Below are positions 63,173-64,000 of a stretch of 64,000 nucleotides of DNA, piece after piece. Source of the DNA: Eledone cirrhosa (lineage: Eukaryota); the NCBI GenBank assembly GCA_964016885.1, contig OZ024743.1, forward strand, positions 238,452,001 through 238,516,000, in the 5' to 3' direction. Every line of letters starts with the position of its first letter. Position 1 is the stretch's first letter. The position numbers and the translations under genes are program-made. The notes beneath the pieces are model-generated. The model saw only the letters and a list, made by a program, of their open reading frames with translations, had not been told where the DNA came from and made no database searches.

Positions 63173-64000
63173 TACATTACACACTCTTATTCTAAATAGG
63201 TTTCATAATTATCATAATGCATTCCTAATTTTGAGAGACGTTTTTATATTCATGTATTTGTGAAGATTTAGGCACCACCAAGCACATTGAAATGCTATGA
63301 GAGGCACCGTCAAATGTCTAAAGTAGTCCCCTATCGGCTAGTTGCACCAATTGTTGGGAGATGGTCAACGTTTAGCATTTATAAGGCTCATTGAAACGCC
63401 ATGAGGGACACATAGTCAAACACCTAGTGTGGCACCCTAACTACTGGCTGCACCAGTTATGGGATCTTTAATATTATGAGAACAATAACGACGCGCATAG
63501 CAGTATGGCAATAGTATCGGTATAGCAACAGTATGGCACAGCAACTGCATGGTACAGAAATAGTATCGCAAGCATGTCGAAACAAGGATAGTAGTCTCAG
63601 TTAACAGAGACCGCAATATCGATTCCAAATACATTTAGACTTAATGCTCATTTCTCACTTCCACATGTTGCTATCTGAAGAAATTTAACTGTGGAGTTCA
63701 TTCGTCCTTTTAAAGATATCATAATAACATTTTACTCCTGCTAATAAAGTCATCACACCCTGCGTCTTTTATCTTTCGTTTCTCACAAATTTCAGATATA
63801 ATAAAAGCAAAATACATTAACTGAAGCCAATATTATTTCACTATTCTCCGTTACCCACTTCCGTTACTTGAAAATTGCCAAGTCCAATTTTATTAACCTA
63901 TAATCTGATATATGAGGACAATCATAGAAGAAAGGTTCTTAAGTGGTAGCACCTTAATTTCAGCCAAACATCTGTTACTTCAAAAATGACATACAAGCAA

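Overview
This is 64 kb of AT-rich, microsatellite-saturated animal non-coding DNA. The SINE families match what I recall of octopus genomes, so the organism is inferred, not confirmed. No host gene is confidently identifiable, and most ORF-track entries are microsatellite translation artefacts. The window is a dense graveyard of mobile elements. It holds at least five Penelope-like element (PLE) families, including a near-complete Neptune-type copy, Naiad-type endonuclease remnants and a ~0.93-kb fold-back copy. It also holds a near-full-length R4/Dong-type RLE retrotransposon, fragments of Tx1/L1, RTE and CRE-like LINEs, a rearranged Helitron family, a Tc/mariner-type MITE and about 20 tRNA-derived SINEs. 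The most striking unannotated layer is RNA-structural: about 15-20 type-I hammerhead ribozyme (HHR) motifs, several with an intact core. Many lie in small ORF-less modules of 0.15-0.75 kb inserted into (TA)n tracts, either as palindromes with one HHR per strand or as partial-tandem, retrozyme-like units. A candidate HDV-like ribozyme sits at the 5' end of the R4/Dong element.
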